From: Macrostomum lignano
Lineage: Eukaryota
Length of the DNA: 55,772 nt
Direction of reading: 5' to 3'
NCBI GenBank assembly: GCA_002269645.1
Contig: NIVC01004195.1
Span: forward strand, 1 to 55,772
Positions 38,511 through 50,524 of this stretch are shown piece by piece. The first letter of the stretch is position 1. Each line of letters opens with the position of its first letter. A program made the translations under genes and the position numbers. The notes under the pieces were generated by a model. It searched no databases. It saw only the letters and a list, made by a program, of their open reading frames with translations, and was not told the origin of the DNA.

Positions 38511-40941
38511 GATTGTATCTAGGACTTGGCTTTGCTTAAAAATGTATAGAGTATTGTTTTTTTATATAGTTATGTTTTTATAGATAAGTATAACTTTTAT
38601 TTGTTAGCCTATATTTAAATATAGCTGTTATATTCCAGGGTTCAATTAAAGGGTGGGGGATGGCCATCTCCCTTAAAATGGCTTTTACTAGTAAATGTTT
38701 TATTAACATTTTATACCCTCTATAAACCTAAGTTTATTATACCTTTTAGACTTTTTTTGCCCCATTATACAAATTTTTATGCCCTTAAGCTTGATTTGTT
38801 ATCTTTAAATCTATACCCTAGCTTAAAAATTGGTATCTCTTATGTTTGTACCCCAAACTTGGACTACCTCCCAAAATGAAATTCTAGATCTACTACTATT
38901 AAATTTTATTAAATCTTTAGGCTTTTTATACTCAGACTATCTTGGCCTCCTAGGTCCTATTAAAAGTCAACTTTTCTAATCTGATTATTATTGAAATAAG
39001 TTAATAATTAAATAATAAATAATAAGTTAATAAATATTTTTTTAGATATACCTAACCAAAGTTATTAATTAACTTTTTCTTTGCTAGCTACACAATTAAG
39101 TTAGATTTTTTCTTAAGCTTCTTAATTTAATTTTCTATATTCCACATGTCATAGCTATTGCTATTAATAAATAGTTATTAGATATTTACTATAAGCACTT
39201 TGAATATCAACTTGCTTTATAAATAGGCTTATACATATTAACTTCCTATTCATTAAAATAGAAATATCAAATATATAAATAAGCCTGCCACAAGAAGTTC
39301 ATAGAAATAAGTAATTGAATAATAGTTATGTTATGTTATGAGAATATAATGGTATAATAATTTTATAACAAAAACCATTCATTATAAAATTATTCATTTT
39401 ATTATTTAGCTATCATTAGACAATTCTGTCTATTTAAAGGTTATAGGTAACACACTTATTACCATTGAACTAAGTGAAGATTTAACAAAATCAATATTTA
39501 TATATAAGTATAAGTATTAAATTGAACTAAACAAAATGAATCAATGCATAAAAAATTTGACTATTTAACAATTTCAATTCAATGCAATATTATATGACTA
39601 CATATACATAGTTCATGCACAAATATTTTTTAGAACATGAACCACAATGTGTGATAAAGTGATAGGAAGATTCAGGTTTTTCTTATTATATGCCACTTGT
39701 CTATTGATATTGAGTGCTGCTTCATAGCATTATTCATATTTATGGATGAGTTAGAACAAGATTACATTAAAATATTTCATATTAGGGCTATCTTTTTTAG
39801 TATATAATGAGAATAAATGAAGTACAAATTAAAAGAATGCAGATGTGCATCTTCAATACAACAGGTTTACAACAGATGCACTTTTTATCTATCGTGTGTT
39901 CTATAACGACATAGCTAACTATATTTAAAATAAATACACGCAATTTTTTGTACAAATAAATATAAATTATTTTTATCTACAAAATACTTTTTATTGAATT
40001 ATCTGTATAACTACTATCCACCTATGCATCTACAATGTTTTTAAAACAAAAATATTGTAAAATTTGATATACTATAATAAACTGTTTTCAAGCCGGAAGG
40101 TGTGTCATATTTGTCATTTTTACGTATGTGCAATCACCCGTATTTTTTGTTTGTTCCCGTCATATTTTCATGCCCTAATAACTCCTTTAATATCATACTA
40201 CTAGTTTTGAAACTTCAGTAATAGTTAGCGGGTGAAAAGGCGCTTCATTTTTTCAGATTAATTTGTAAAAAGGATGTTTGTCATTTTTCATGACACATAA
40301 AAAATGACATCCGTACCAAAAAATGACTTCATGACACATTTTGTCGTCATTTTTGGAGAAATCTGTCATAAACGTGCCTATAGGGGTCAAGGCACATCAA
40401 ATTTAAATGCCTCTAAGACAAGCGTAATAGGTTTTTAGACTGCTGCAGTACGTGAAGCTACAGAAACTACACAAATTCCTCTCAGGGCTGCGAATTGGCC
40501 AGAAATTAAGATGACGTGATCAAAGCAGTCATATGCAGCAAACGGCCGACGGAATGAAACAACCATGAGAGTACTACATGTACTGTATGTCCAACAAACT
40601 GGCTTTCGAAGCAAGGGTCTCGGTAGGACTTTTATTTAGAGGCCATCATCGAGGGCCATGCAGATAAAGGATCCAGCTCATGGCTGCGGGACAGATGAGA
40701 GGGGAAAGGAGAAGGAATAGACGATTAGAAAACAGAGGAGAGGCGAGAGAGGTGATATAAAGAAAAAAGAAATAAGATAAGAAGAGAGAAGAGCGGAGAG
40801 AGAAAAGCGAGAGGAGAGGGGAGAGAACGAGAAAAAGAGAGAGAGGAGACAGAAGAGAAGAGTGTGGGAGAGAAGTGAAAGAGAAGTTTCAAAAGACCTT
40901 AGTGACGGAGAGGCAGAGGCCGGAGGCCAGAGTTTGCCAAC

Positions 40942-41318
40942 CAGGGGCGTCGCCACCGGCGGGTGGACAGCTGGGGGACATGTCCCCCAGATAAAAGATA
41001 TGGGGGGGCACATGCCAATGCTTTGCCCCCCCCCCGCACCCGTGAGCCGGCCATTATGTAAAATCAATAATTTTGCTGAAGGGTGACAAAACAGCGCCTG
41101 CGGCACCAAAAGAGTGCTTTAGCGGTGCTAAAATGAGTGTCTGCGGCGCAAAAAAACACTAAAATGAGTGCTTGCGGCGCCAAAATGAGTGCTTGCGGCG
41201 CTAAAATGAGTGCTGACAACACCGATTTCTGAAAATAATGTTCGTCATACGAGTACATGTACATGTAGAATTCTTGGCTTTGCCCCCCCGCACCATAAAA
41301 TCCATGGCGACGCCCCTG
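40942..41318. mobile_element. hAT-type MITE
   Basis: TIR CAGGGGCGTCGCCA / TGGCGACGCCCCTG; exact 8-bp TSD TTGCCAAC (40934-40941, 41319-41326). Confidence 0.92.
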
Positions 41319-41471
41319 TTGCCAACACATGTTTTAGCTAGACGTTGCCTCTCAAGTCTCACTCTAGCTCTGCAACCCAGCTGATGAGATTAATGCTGGC
41401 CTCAAATATCTTATCTTATTTTTACATGAATTGAACCTATTTTTTGTTTACCTCTATCTGAACAAGCATGT

Positions 41472-41720
41472 GACTACGTAGGACGCAGATAGAGCTGGGT
41501 TTTCAGAATCTTCCCAGAACGGAACGGCCCATAGAGTTCTATGGCCCAGCATTTGAATTAACTCGAGAAAGTAAGGCCATAGACAACTTAATTTGCCATG
41601 CAATATGGAACCTAAGAGGAACCTACGAGTATATGGAACCCAGAGGGGTCCTACCGTTACATGTCTGTTAATCTGTCATGTTAATCTGAAAACCCAGCTC
41701 TATCTGCGTCCTACGTAGTC
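41472..41720. mobile_element. MITE with perfect 36-bp TIRs
   Basis: GACTACGTAGGACGCAGATAGAGCTGGGTTTTCAGA at 41472-41507, inverted at 41685-41720; 4-bp flanking duplication ATGT. Confidence 0.88.
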
Positions 41721-42196
41721 ATGTGTTTGAATATGACATCAGATTTTTAAGAATGCATGCAAAACATAAAACAATTCTGTTGATCGATTGTGGATCAATT
41801 CAGCGGGTTCAAAATCCGCTTGTTCACCAGCTTGTGACTATTAATACGCTCGTAATATATAAATATATATGTGTGCAATTAAATTACAGATTTATTTATC
41901 CAAGTCAAATACTTTCTTCATTCATTATTCATCCCAGCTTATTTGATCTACACTACGGTGATCCCTAAACCGTGACTTCGTAATTTTTTCACACTAGAAT
42001 ATTTTTATGCAATTAGCTCGTGAATGGTGAATTTTTTCAATTGCTCAGTCGTTTAGTATCTGAATTGATGTACATATTTTTTGGGCGCCAAGTGTACTAC
42101 ACATGTAACTATACTGACGAGTAACAATAATTTGCATTTATCAAGAATATTATACTTTCATACAAAGTTACATGTGCACGCACACTTTACATGTAC

Positions 42197-42439
42197 TTAC
42201 CCCTGCTGTGGTCTTGTGCCACGTCCTTTTGTCTGGTAGCTTCCACCATGAACACAGACAAACTTGGCTGATGCTAATCCCAAAGATCCCTCCGCTGGGC
42301 GTGAATACTTTCTTCTATATTGAGCTGGGCTTCGAGAATCGCGCAAGTAAAACCGCACAAAATTCTCCTTCTCAAACAAGCGCACAGCATTTTTAAACTC
42401 CAAGAAATTTTTGAATCGAGCACCTAATTGGATAGCCAT
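42197..42439 (-). pseudogene. Isolated first exon of a MULE/ZSWIM3-like transposase DNA-binding domain
   Basis: LGARFKNFLEFKNAVRLFEKENFVRFYLRDSRS...KFVCVHGG resembles the ZSWIM3/MULE N-terminus; it ends at a GTAAGT donor; no downstream exon found. Confidence 0.6.
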
Positions 42440-42760
42440 TACAATTGTTCGTGTTCTTTTACCAGATAGTTACATGAACATTGCACTGCTACAGGTTCTC
42501 ATGCAAGGACCACTGATATTGTTCTCATGCACATTAGATTTTAAATTATTGCAATTAGAATTTACAGTAAAACAAAGTAATTTGCATTTCTGTAAAAAAA
42601 TTTTAAAGAATAAGGATTTTTGTATCTACCAGATACAATTAGTCACTTCGAAATCTGGCTGTACATGCAATGTACTCGTATATTTTTGGTAAAATGGTAC
42701 GCTGCAGACGTAGGGTTTGTGATGATCGATGATGCGCACTACTTGTGTACTGGAATTAGT

Positions 42761-43026
42761 GTCCCCCTTCAGCAAAATTATTGATTTTACGTAATGGCCG
42801 GCTCACAAGGGTGCGGGGGGGGCAAAGCATTGGCATGTGCCCCCCATATCTTTTATCTGGGGGGACATGTCCCCCAGCTGTCCACCCGCCGGTGGCGACG
42901 CCCCTGGTTGGCAAACTCTGGCCTCCGGCCTCTGGCCTCTCCGTCACTAAGGTCTTTTGAAACTTCTCTTTCACTTCTCTCCCACACTCTTCTCTTCTGT
43001 CTCCTCTCTCCTCTCTCTTTTTCTCG
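42761..43026 (-). repeat. Inverted duplication of 40828-41087, including the left end of the hAT MITE and its flank
   Basis: Near-identical reverse complement. Confidence 0.9.
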
Positions 43027-43305
43027 TTCTTGCTTTCTCGTTTTTACGGCCAGCCGTAAAAATTAGTATTTGGGCTATATCTACGGCTCAGCCGTAAAAA
43101 TAACCACTGCCAATTTTTAGCTGATTTGTCAATGACCGGACTGGCTTGAAACTGATATGAACTTTACCCAACCAATACTGTATCAAAATTGATTACTATG
43201 TACAAGTTTTAAACCATCAATTAAAAACTCAATTCAACTACTCTTGTTACTCTCTCAACTATCTATATACACTGAATATTCGTTCAAATTTTTTCTTAAA
43301 TAAAA

Positions 43306-43348
43306 AGACCCTGACGATGTCCTAATGCAAATGGACGAAATGCATCGG
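43306..43348 (+). ncRNA. Minimal hammerhead ribozyme motif of PLE type
   Basis: CC-CTGACGA-T-GTCC(loop)GGAC-GAAA-TGCA-TC-GG: core boxes, 4-bp stem II, palindromic stem III, UC cleavage site; stem I is only 2 bp. Confidence 0.65.
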
Positions 43349-44224
43349 CAACTCAAATAATACTTCATGTTGATATTTACCTTTATTTATCTATCTATCT
43401 TTAAAAAATCATTCTTAAAATAAAATTATCAAAAACGGAATTCAGTCAGTTTTTTTTTTCATTCAGTCATTTTTCACCTTTCTTTGAATTCTCGTTAAAG
43501 GCATTTCAGAGTCAGGACACATTCTTTCGAATATATTTAATCCCCTTTGCATTCTTTCTCTTAGGCTTAGCCGCGGCATAGGTACTTAATTCTGCAAAAG
43601 TTCTCACCAAGTTGGCAAATCGAAACAAAACTGAGTTGAAACCTTTTCTATACATTTTGCACATATCCCAACTACAGGCCTATGCTCATACGTCAGCTAT
43701 CATATAGAATGGCCTGGGTGCAGTTGAATTTGTCGTGCTACTTAGCCTATTAAATAAATATCTGAGAACACTCATTGCGAGCTATCAATCTATTTGATAT
43801 TCTACTATCAGTCTATTAAAGGTAGGCCTAGTAGGGTTTAGGTACTTGTACTATAGCCTATAGTATAGGCCTAGGTCTATTATAAAGATTGAATTTAGAC
43901 TGCCAGAGGGTGGCACTGCTCTGGTAATCCACGCGATAGGCCCTAATCAAGACTATCCAGACAGTGAAAGCCCAGAAATTTTACTAGGCTTAGTTGTAGG
44001 CCTATTGCCTATAGTAGGCCTAGCTATATCCCATGGCCATAGTCAGAAAGATGACTTTTTCATGGAAAATTTAGGATAAATTGGGTCTATACTATAGACT
44101 ATAGCAAATTTAGCCTGGCAAAGCAAGGCAAGGTAGATCTAAGCAATGCAGAGGCAAGTGGGGCTAGGTCAGGGACAAAATGTATTAGAAAACAGTAAAG
44201 TGGTTGATTAGGTAACTGGTCAAT

Positions 44225-44794
44225 GGTCATTTTGCCCAAAAACCATTTTAGCCATAGACATTTTGCCTATAATATATAGGCTATATACCATTTTGCCCAT
44301 AGACCATTTCATCTATAGACCATTTCGGCCATGGACCATTTCTAAACTTTATAGTTTTAAACTCCGTGCTTTGATTTTCAATTTTGGTGACAAATCTTAT
44401 TCTTTTAGTATTTCTAGCTTTACCTTGCTATAACCAAAACCCTTGAAATGTCTTTAGTTATAGTACAATTCATTTTAATGTATAGTACTAGGGCCTACAA
44501 GGCTTTGCAGGGTGCATTTTATGGAGACCCTTTTTAAAAAAACTTGTAATAATTCATATCATAATAAACAAAATTGCAATAACAGAATTGTTGTAACAAC
44601 AATTTAGATCATAGTTTTTTACACATTAAAACTAAAAATTAGCATTGAAAAAAAGAAAGATACATGTATGGCTGTATCTCTAAAATTACATAATCACCAT
44701 TTTGGCTGCAATGCCTATAGCCAAACTAGTTTATGGGCAAAATGGACTATGGGCAAAATGTCCATGGCCAAAATAGTTTGAGGGCAAAACAACC
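44225..44794. mobile_element. Decayed MITE with ~48-bp inverted arms and CCATTTTGCCCATAGAC-type subrepeats
   Basis: Left arm GGTCATTTTGCCC..., right arm reverse complement GGTTGTTTTGCCC... Confidence 0.7.
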
Positions 44795-44997
44795 AGAATT
44801 TGTTGATTGGCATGCTTGCTTAAGCCAAGCTATATTGCCCATTTGCTAGCCAATATTGCAAAGTTGATTTAGATAAAAATGACTAAATTAAATAACTGAA
44901 TTAGATGAACTTCAAATAATATATACTTACCATGATCTTGACTATATAGCTTATATGTAATCCTAATACAAATATTACTAGGCCTACTAATGCTATA

Positions 44998-45785
44998 GGC
45001 CCATTCCATATAAGATGGACATATTTGGAAAATAGAAAAAAAGTCAATATTTTTGCTTGTCATTGCCTTATCAGCCAATTTTTTTACCAAATCTTTTTTG
45101 TATGTAATGTATACAATCTAAGAAAAAATAAATGATAAAATGTTGGATTAGTATGTTATCAATTGGCAAAAAGTTATTTTTGTAAAAAATTGGACATTTT
45201 CTAAGCAAAAGACATCATTAAGTTTATGTACCTTTTAAAAACAAATAGAAAGCTTTAGAAGGTTAAAACAAACTATATATAAAATTATAGTACTTGCATC
45301 ATCGGATAAAAACATTAGCAACCATATAATCTATTATATTTTTAATATATTAGTACTTCAAAGTTACTGAATTGACAGAAAAAAATATGTTATGACCATA
45401 ATTTTACGACCATAAGGCTGCCTTTTCTTTTGTATCTTTGTTGCCTTTTTGAGTTTATATATTCTAATAAAAGAGTATGACTTCGAAAGATGTTCCTAGT
45501 CAAATTAAAAAAAAATTATTGCAAAATATCAAAAATGAAAAATTTTATAAGACTTTTATCTTTTAGTTTCTATATGTCAAAAATCCTGTTGTTACGACCA
45601 TAAGTGCCATTCAAGGTTTAATAACATCTATACTAATGATGATATCTATATGAAACTTTATAAACATATTCTTGACAAAATAATCTTTCATTCAAAATAT
45701 TGGTTTAGTATATTCTATTATTAGATTTCATTTTATAAGTAAAAATAGTCTGTCATGTTACGACCATAATTATATGGAATGGCCC
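44998..45785. mobile_element. Decayed TIR element with a TA/TATA target
   Basis: TATA|GGCCCATTCCATA ... TATGGAATGGCCC|TATA (1 mismatch); internal TTACGACCATA repeats. Confidence 0.6.
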
Positions 45786-48146
45786 TATAAGAACTCCTAT
45801 TAGCAAAGATAGATACAAAATAAACTTGGCATTTTGTTAACTGCTTATTAGTTGATAGTGGTATAAGTATACAACTATGTCTAGCAAAGTCCCTAGCCTA
45901 GGCCCCTCCAAAATTATCTTATCTATATATCTTATTTATAGATTATCCTTATTTGAATTCTGAAGAAAAATTATCCTTTGCTTTTTTCTTGTAGTACATT
46001 TTGCCATATTATATAGATTGTGGAGATCATGCAAAACATAGGCCTTATGCTGGAATGTAAAGTACCTAATTAGAATTTTATACTAATATATACTAGGCTT
46101 CTCATAGCCAATATGGTATATTTATAGAAATTTTATAGGGCCTTCTAAGTATATCCCAACTTCAATTGCCAAGCCACCTTTATCCTATAATAGGCCTTCA
46201 GTTTTATAACAATTTCCTAGAAAAAGTTGCATTTCAAAATCGTACTACTGTTGTTATATTATTCAAATATAAAAAATATTTCTTATATGCAAAATATTCT
46301 GAATATTCTATGTATTAATACTTTGTTTTAAATACTAGCAAAAACTTTAATATAAAAAGAAGTCAGTTGGAAGCCGAAATAAATAACCTGGTCCACCTTT
46401 TTACCTTGTTCAACCTTTTCACCCTTTCTTGGTTATTGTTTCGAACATTGATCAAGCTTCAAATCAGCCTTGGGCTTGTAATCACTTGTGTTATTTATTT
46501 GAAGTAGTAGATAGTGACTTAGGAGTTGCCCCAAGAGTAGGAGTTCAGTCCATTCTCAGAGAACGAGAAATCCTAGACTTAGGAGTTTAGTAACCCGCCC
46601 CCAGAAGGCAGAAATCCTACCACAGGGTAGAGAAATCCAGGCTTAGAGTCTGAGAAACCCGCCTCAGGGCAGAAACCTAGCAAAGTGCGCTATGACCCTC
46701 TGATCTCAGGAATGTCCTGGACTGAGAATAATATCTTTAGAGGAGTATAGGGATAAGGATAGACTGTGCCTAAAGACCGCTCAGGCCAGAAAGTACAATA
46801 AAAGTACATACGCTACCAATAAAAGTACATACACTACCAATAGAAGTACATGCACTATTAGAACAAGGCAACTAATAACCAGTGGGATTAATAGGAAGAA
46901 ATAACCCTAGGACAACTTTAGTGACAGCTGTGGAATCAATTGTAGAGACAGAATAAAAAGCCTTTTGACAATCCTAGAAATTCCTATTATTTCCTATAAG
47001 ATTTCCCATGTAGTCAAATGCCTAGGGCCTATTTATAATGCAAAATCAATTTTTGTTTTAAATTGAAAAATGGCCAATTCTTTATTTATAATAACCAATT
47101 AATTATTGATTAATAATAGCCAAATTATACAATTTGAACTACCAACAACAGCAGACATGAACAAGCCTTTAAGTTATTGGTATCATCTTTTTCTATTACT
47201 TTTGTATATAAGTATCATCAATTGGTTAAAACATTGTTCAGTCTAGCAAAAAATGAAACGTAGTGACCCTTGCCTATTTTAACTTTATTTTTGTCTAAAT
47301 GCAAATTAGGAAAATATTTTTAGATCTAATAGAACTATATATATAGATGCTATGGCCCAATCCTAATGAGTTCAAGCAAATAGATTTATCTCAAATAGTA
47401 TGCATAGTTTTATATATTTCAACTAAATATTGATCTCTAAACTATATTTATAAGGAAGTTATAATAAGAGAAAATGTTAATAGCTGGAAATGAGAGCATT
47501 ATATTAAAATGGTTGGCTTCCAAGGCATTATTCATCTATTGTCCTATATGCCATGCTATACAATATTTAAATTTAAACTTGAATGATAAGTATAAAGCAT
47601 AATTTAAAGTAACTTAAATTTTATTACTTTAAGGTTAGATAGAAACCTTGTATACCTACAGAATATTAATACCATTTCATATTTAATCTTTATATTAGGC
47701 ATTTTAAACCAGTTATCAAATCAAATAGACAATACTTTTGAGCTATATTAGTCTCTATGTTTGTTTCTATTAGAAAATTATGCTAAGTTTAAGATTTATT
47801 AGCTAATAACAATTCTAATTGCAAAAATGCCCATCTGAAAAATAACCAAGTAAGTAGTACTAAGTAGCTGACGAGGCATTTTGGCTTAATAAGACAGTTA
47901 TAGTTACTCCTGCTGTTTACCCAAAGTTGCGTTAATTTTGCTTTAGGGTTTTTTACATGTAAGTCGCATTTTTGTTAAAAGTAAGTCGTATGGCCGACTG
48001 AATTTCGGAGGTTGCGCATGTATGTCTAGCCATTAATTAGTCAGGAGTAGTCAGTTAATATGTGCTCTAAAATTTCGGAATGAAATTTCCATCTTGAACT
48101 GAAAGTATGGATAGAACTGCATCTGACTGGTATAAATAACTGCAGC

Positions 48147-49390
48147 ATGGAGGACCCCGCCAGCTTTGTTACCATAGAAACTCCAAAGGCAGCTGTCGGC
48201 GACCTGAACTTCACAGGCAACCAGCTGAGCCCGCAGGCGCCGCTGGGCATCAAAGATGCGCTGTCCTGGCGCCGGCTGCAGCTGCGCCGGGCCAAGCTGA
48301 AGGCTGCCAGCCGGACTTCCGCCCTGCTGTCCGGCTTCGCCATCGTGGCCATGGTGGAGCTGGAGATCGGGCAGCGGCCCGTGCCCGACTGGCTGCTTGT
48401 GGCCTTCGCCTGTGCCGCCTCTCTGCTCATCGCTGTGCACATGCTGGCGCTCATGATCAGCACCTGCATCCTGCCCAACCTGGGGATCGCCACTCCCATG
48501 GATGCAAGGTGGGTCCGGGCAGGGTCAGATTTATAGCTCACTGGCTGCCCATCCCTCCTGCATTCACTGACTGCTGCTGCCCACCCCTGCATTCACTGAC
48601 TGCTGCTGCCCACCTCCCCTGCATTCACTGACTGCTGCTGCCCACCTCCCCTGCATTCACTGACTGCTGCTGCCCACCTCCCCTGCATTCACTGACTGCT
48701 GCTGCCCACCTCCCCTGCATTCACTGACTGCTGCTGCCCACCTCCCCTGCATTCACTGACTGCTGCTGCCCACCTCCCCTGCATTCACTGACTGCTGCTG
48801 CCCACCTCCCCTGCATTCACTGACTGCTGCTGCCCACCTCCCCTGCATTCACTGACTGCTGCTGCCCACCTCCCCTGCATTCACTGACTGCTGCTGCCCA
48901 CCTCCCCTGCATTCACTGACTGCTGCTGCCCACCTCCCCTGCATTCACTGACTGCTGCTGCCCACCTCCCCTGCATTCACTGACTGCTGCTGCCCACCTC
49001 TCAGTCACTCAGTGGCTGCCTCTACTCAAGCTCGTATTTGCCCGCAGGTCGATCCGCGAGTCGCCGCACGACAAGATGCGGGTTTTCATAGAAATTGCAT
49101 GGGTATTCAGCACCGGCCTGGGCATACTACTGTTCCTAGTAGTAGTTGTTCTGCTTGCCTGGGTGAAATTCCTGACTGTGTCCCGTGGCGCAGCTATCGG
49201 TGCCACGGTGATCATCGCGCCCGTCGTGCTGCTGTTCCTAATCTTCTCGCTGCTGTTCTACCGTCAGCTCACGCTGCACAAGTTCCAGCGCGCCACCAAG
49301 CTGGTCCAACGGCTGCAGCGCGACCTGAAGGCGTTTGGCGACGACCCCGGGGTTGCTGAAGACGTTGACGGCGTCGTTAAGGTGGTGTGA
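48147..49390 (+). CDS. ORAI: Orai (CRAC) calcium channel subunit; exons 48147-48508 and 49048-49390; 234 aa
   Basis: [33 protein letters not shown] (pore Glu), [29 protein letters not shown]; exon sum 705 nt. Confidence 0.96.
48555..48998. repeat. 32-nt minisatellite in the Orai intron
   Basis: Unit CCTGCATTCACTGACTGCTGCTGCCCACCTCC, about 14 copies. Confidence 0.97.
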
Positions 49391-49983
49391 ATGCCTGCCG
49401 AAATTCACGTGATGACTGCGCGCATTTCGCTTCAGTTCTGTTTGAAAGTAATCTGAATTCTCTGTGATGGCGCGTGACAATGTAAAGGTGCGTGAGAGTA
49501 GTTATAGGAGGGCAGTACGAATGTGAACTCAGGCATGCAGGTGAAATGCCTGTGAGGTGTGCGTGTAGTGTGACAGTCGCATAATCAGTACATCAGTGAT
49601 TTTAGTTTCAGTTCTGTGTGAATTCCACTTGCTGGACTGAATCTCTTTCATGTGTTTTCCAGTTTGCTGGTGTCCTGTGGATTCTCTGAAATATTGTACA
49701 AATTTTGTATATTGCTGTGTTCCACTGCGGTGAATACTGCTGCGTGTATTTCATATTTGCGGTCGCATATAAAATGCAAGCATATAGATTGGTTCTTTGC
49801 TTATTTCGTCTTTGAGTTCCTCTGGCTTCTGAGTAGCTGAGTTCTGGCAGACTTTTCATTCCCAAAATACAGAGAAAGTAAAGATTCTCCTGTTTTGAAA
49901 CCACGTTTTGCAAGAAGCAATCGGTTGTTCTTTTGTAATTCATTGGTGACTGGTCAGTGGGCTGAAAGGTAAATAAGAGGATA

Positions 49984-50352
49984 GAGGTGAATGGTCAGGA
50001 GGGTGATGGAGGTGCGTTGTCAGGAGGGTGATGGAGGTGCGTTGTCAGGAGGGTGATGGAGGTGAATTGTCAGGAGGGTGATGGAGGTGCGTTGTCAGGA
50101 GGGTGATGGAGGTGCGTTGTCAGGAGGGTGATGGAGGTGCGTTGTCAGGAGGGTGATGGAGGTGCGTTGTCAGGAGGATGATGGAGGTGAATGGTCAGGA
50201 GGGTGATGGAGGTGCGTTGTCAGGAGGGTGATGGAGGTGAATTGTCAGGAGAGTGATGGAGGTGCGTTGTCAGGAGGGTGATGGAGGTGCGTTGTCAGGA
50301 GGGTGCTGGAGGTGCGTTGTCAGGAGGGTGATGGAGGTGCGTTGTCAGGAGT
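49984..50352. repeat. 25-nt minisatellite (GTCAGGAGGGTGATGGAGGTGCGTT) upstream of SUZ12
   Basis: About 14 copies. Confidence 0.95.
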
Positions 50353-50524
50353 GCGATGGAGGGACAGGGCAAGGGGGCAATGAGGCTGGCAGTTATGAGG
50401 GCTAGTATTGATAAAAAGGATAGGGAACGTGCGCTGAGTATAATAAATATCATGAGAACAGGGCAAGGAATGGGAGAAGTGATGCTGAATAAGTTGGTGT
50501 TTGCTGCTGCGCCCAGTTGCAGCC

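Larger units (their letters stand above)
32515..40378. mobile_element. Possible nested TIR element
   Basis: 14-bp exact inverted ends GGCACGTTTATGAC (32515-32528 / 40365-40378) with many subterminal ATGAC/GTCAT motifs; no TSD seen. Confidence 0.5.
31795..43111. mobile_element. 11.3-kb composite DNA-transposon insertion bounded by perfect 67-bp TIRs
   Basis: 31795-31861 is the exact reverse complement of 43045-43111 (GGCAGTGGTTATTTTTACGG...). The flanks AATTTTT(T)A and AATTTTTA form an 8-9-bp TSD with one homopolymer slip. Confidence 0.85.

Noticed and set aside
46500-46900. Possible solo LTR (internal short repeats, AATAAA)
   Set aside because: No TG...CA ends, TSD, PBS or second copy identifiable.
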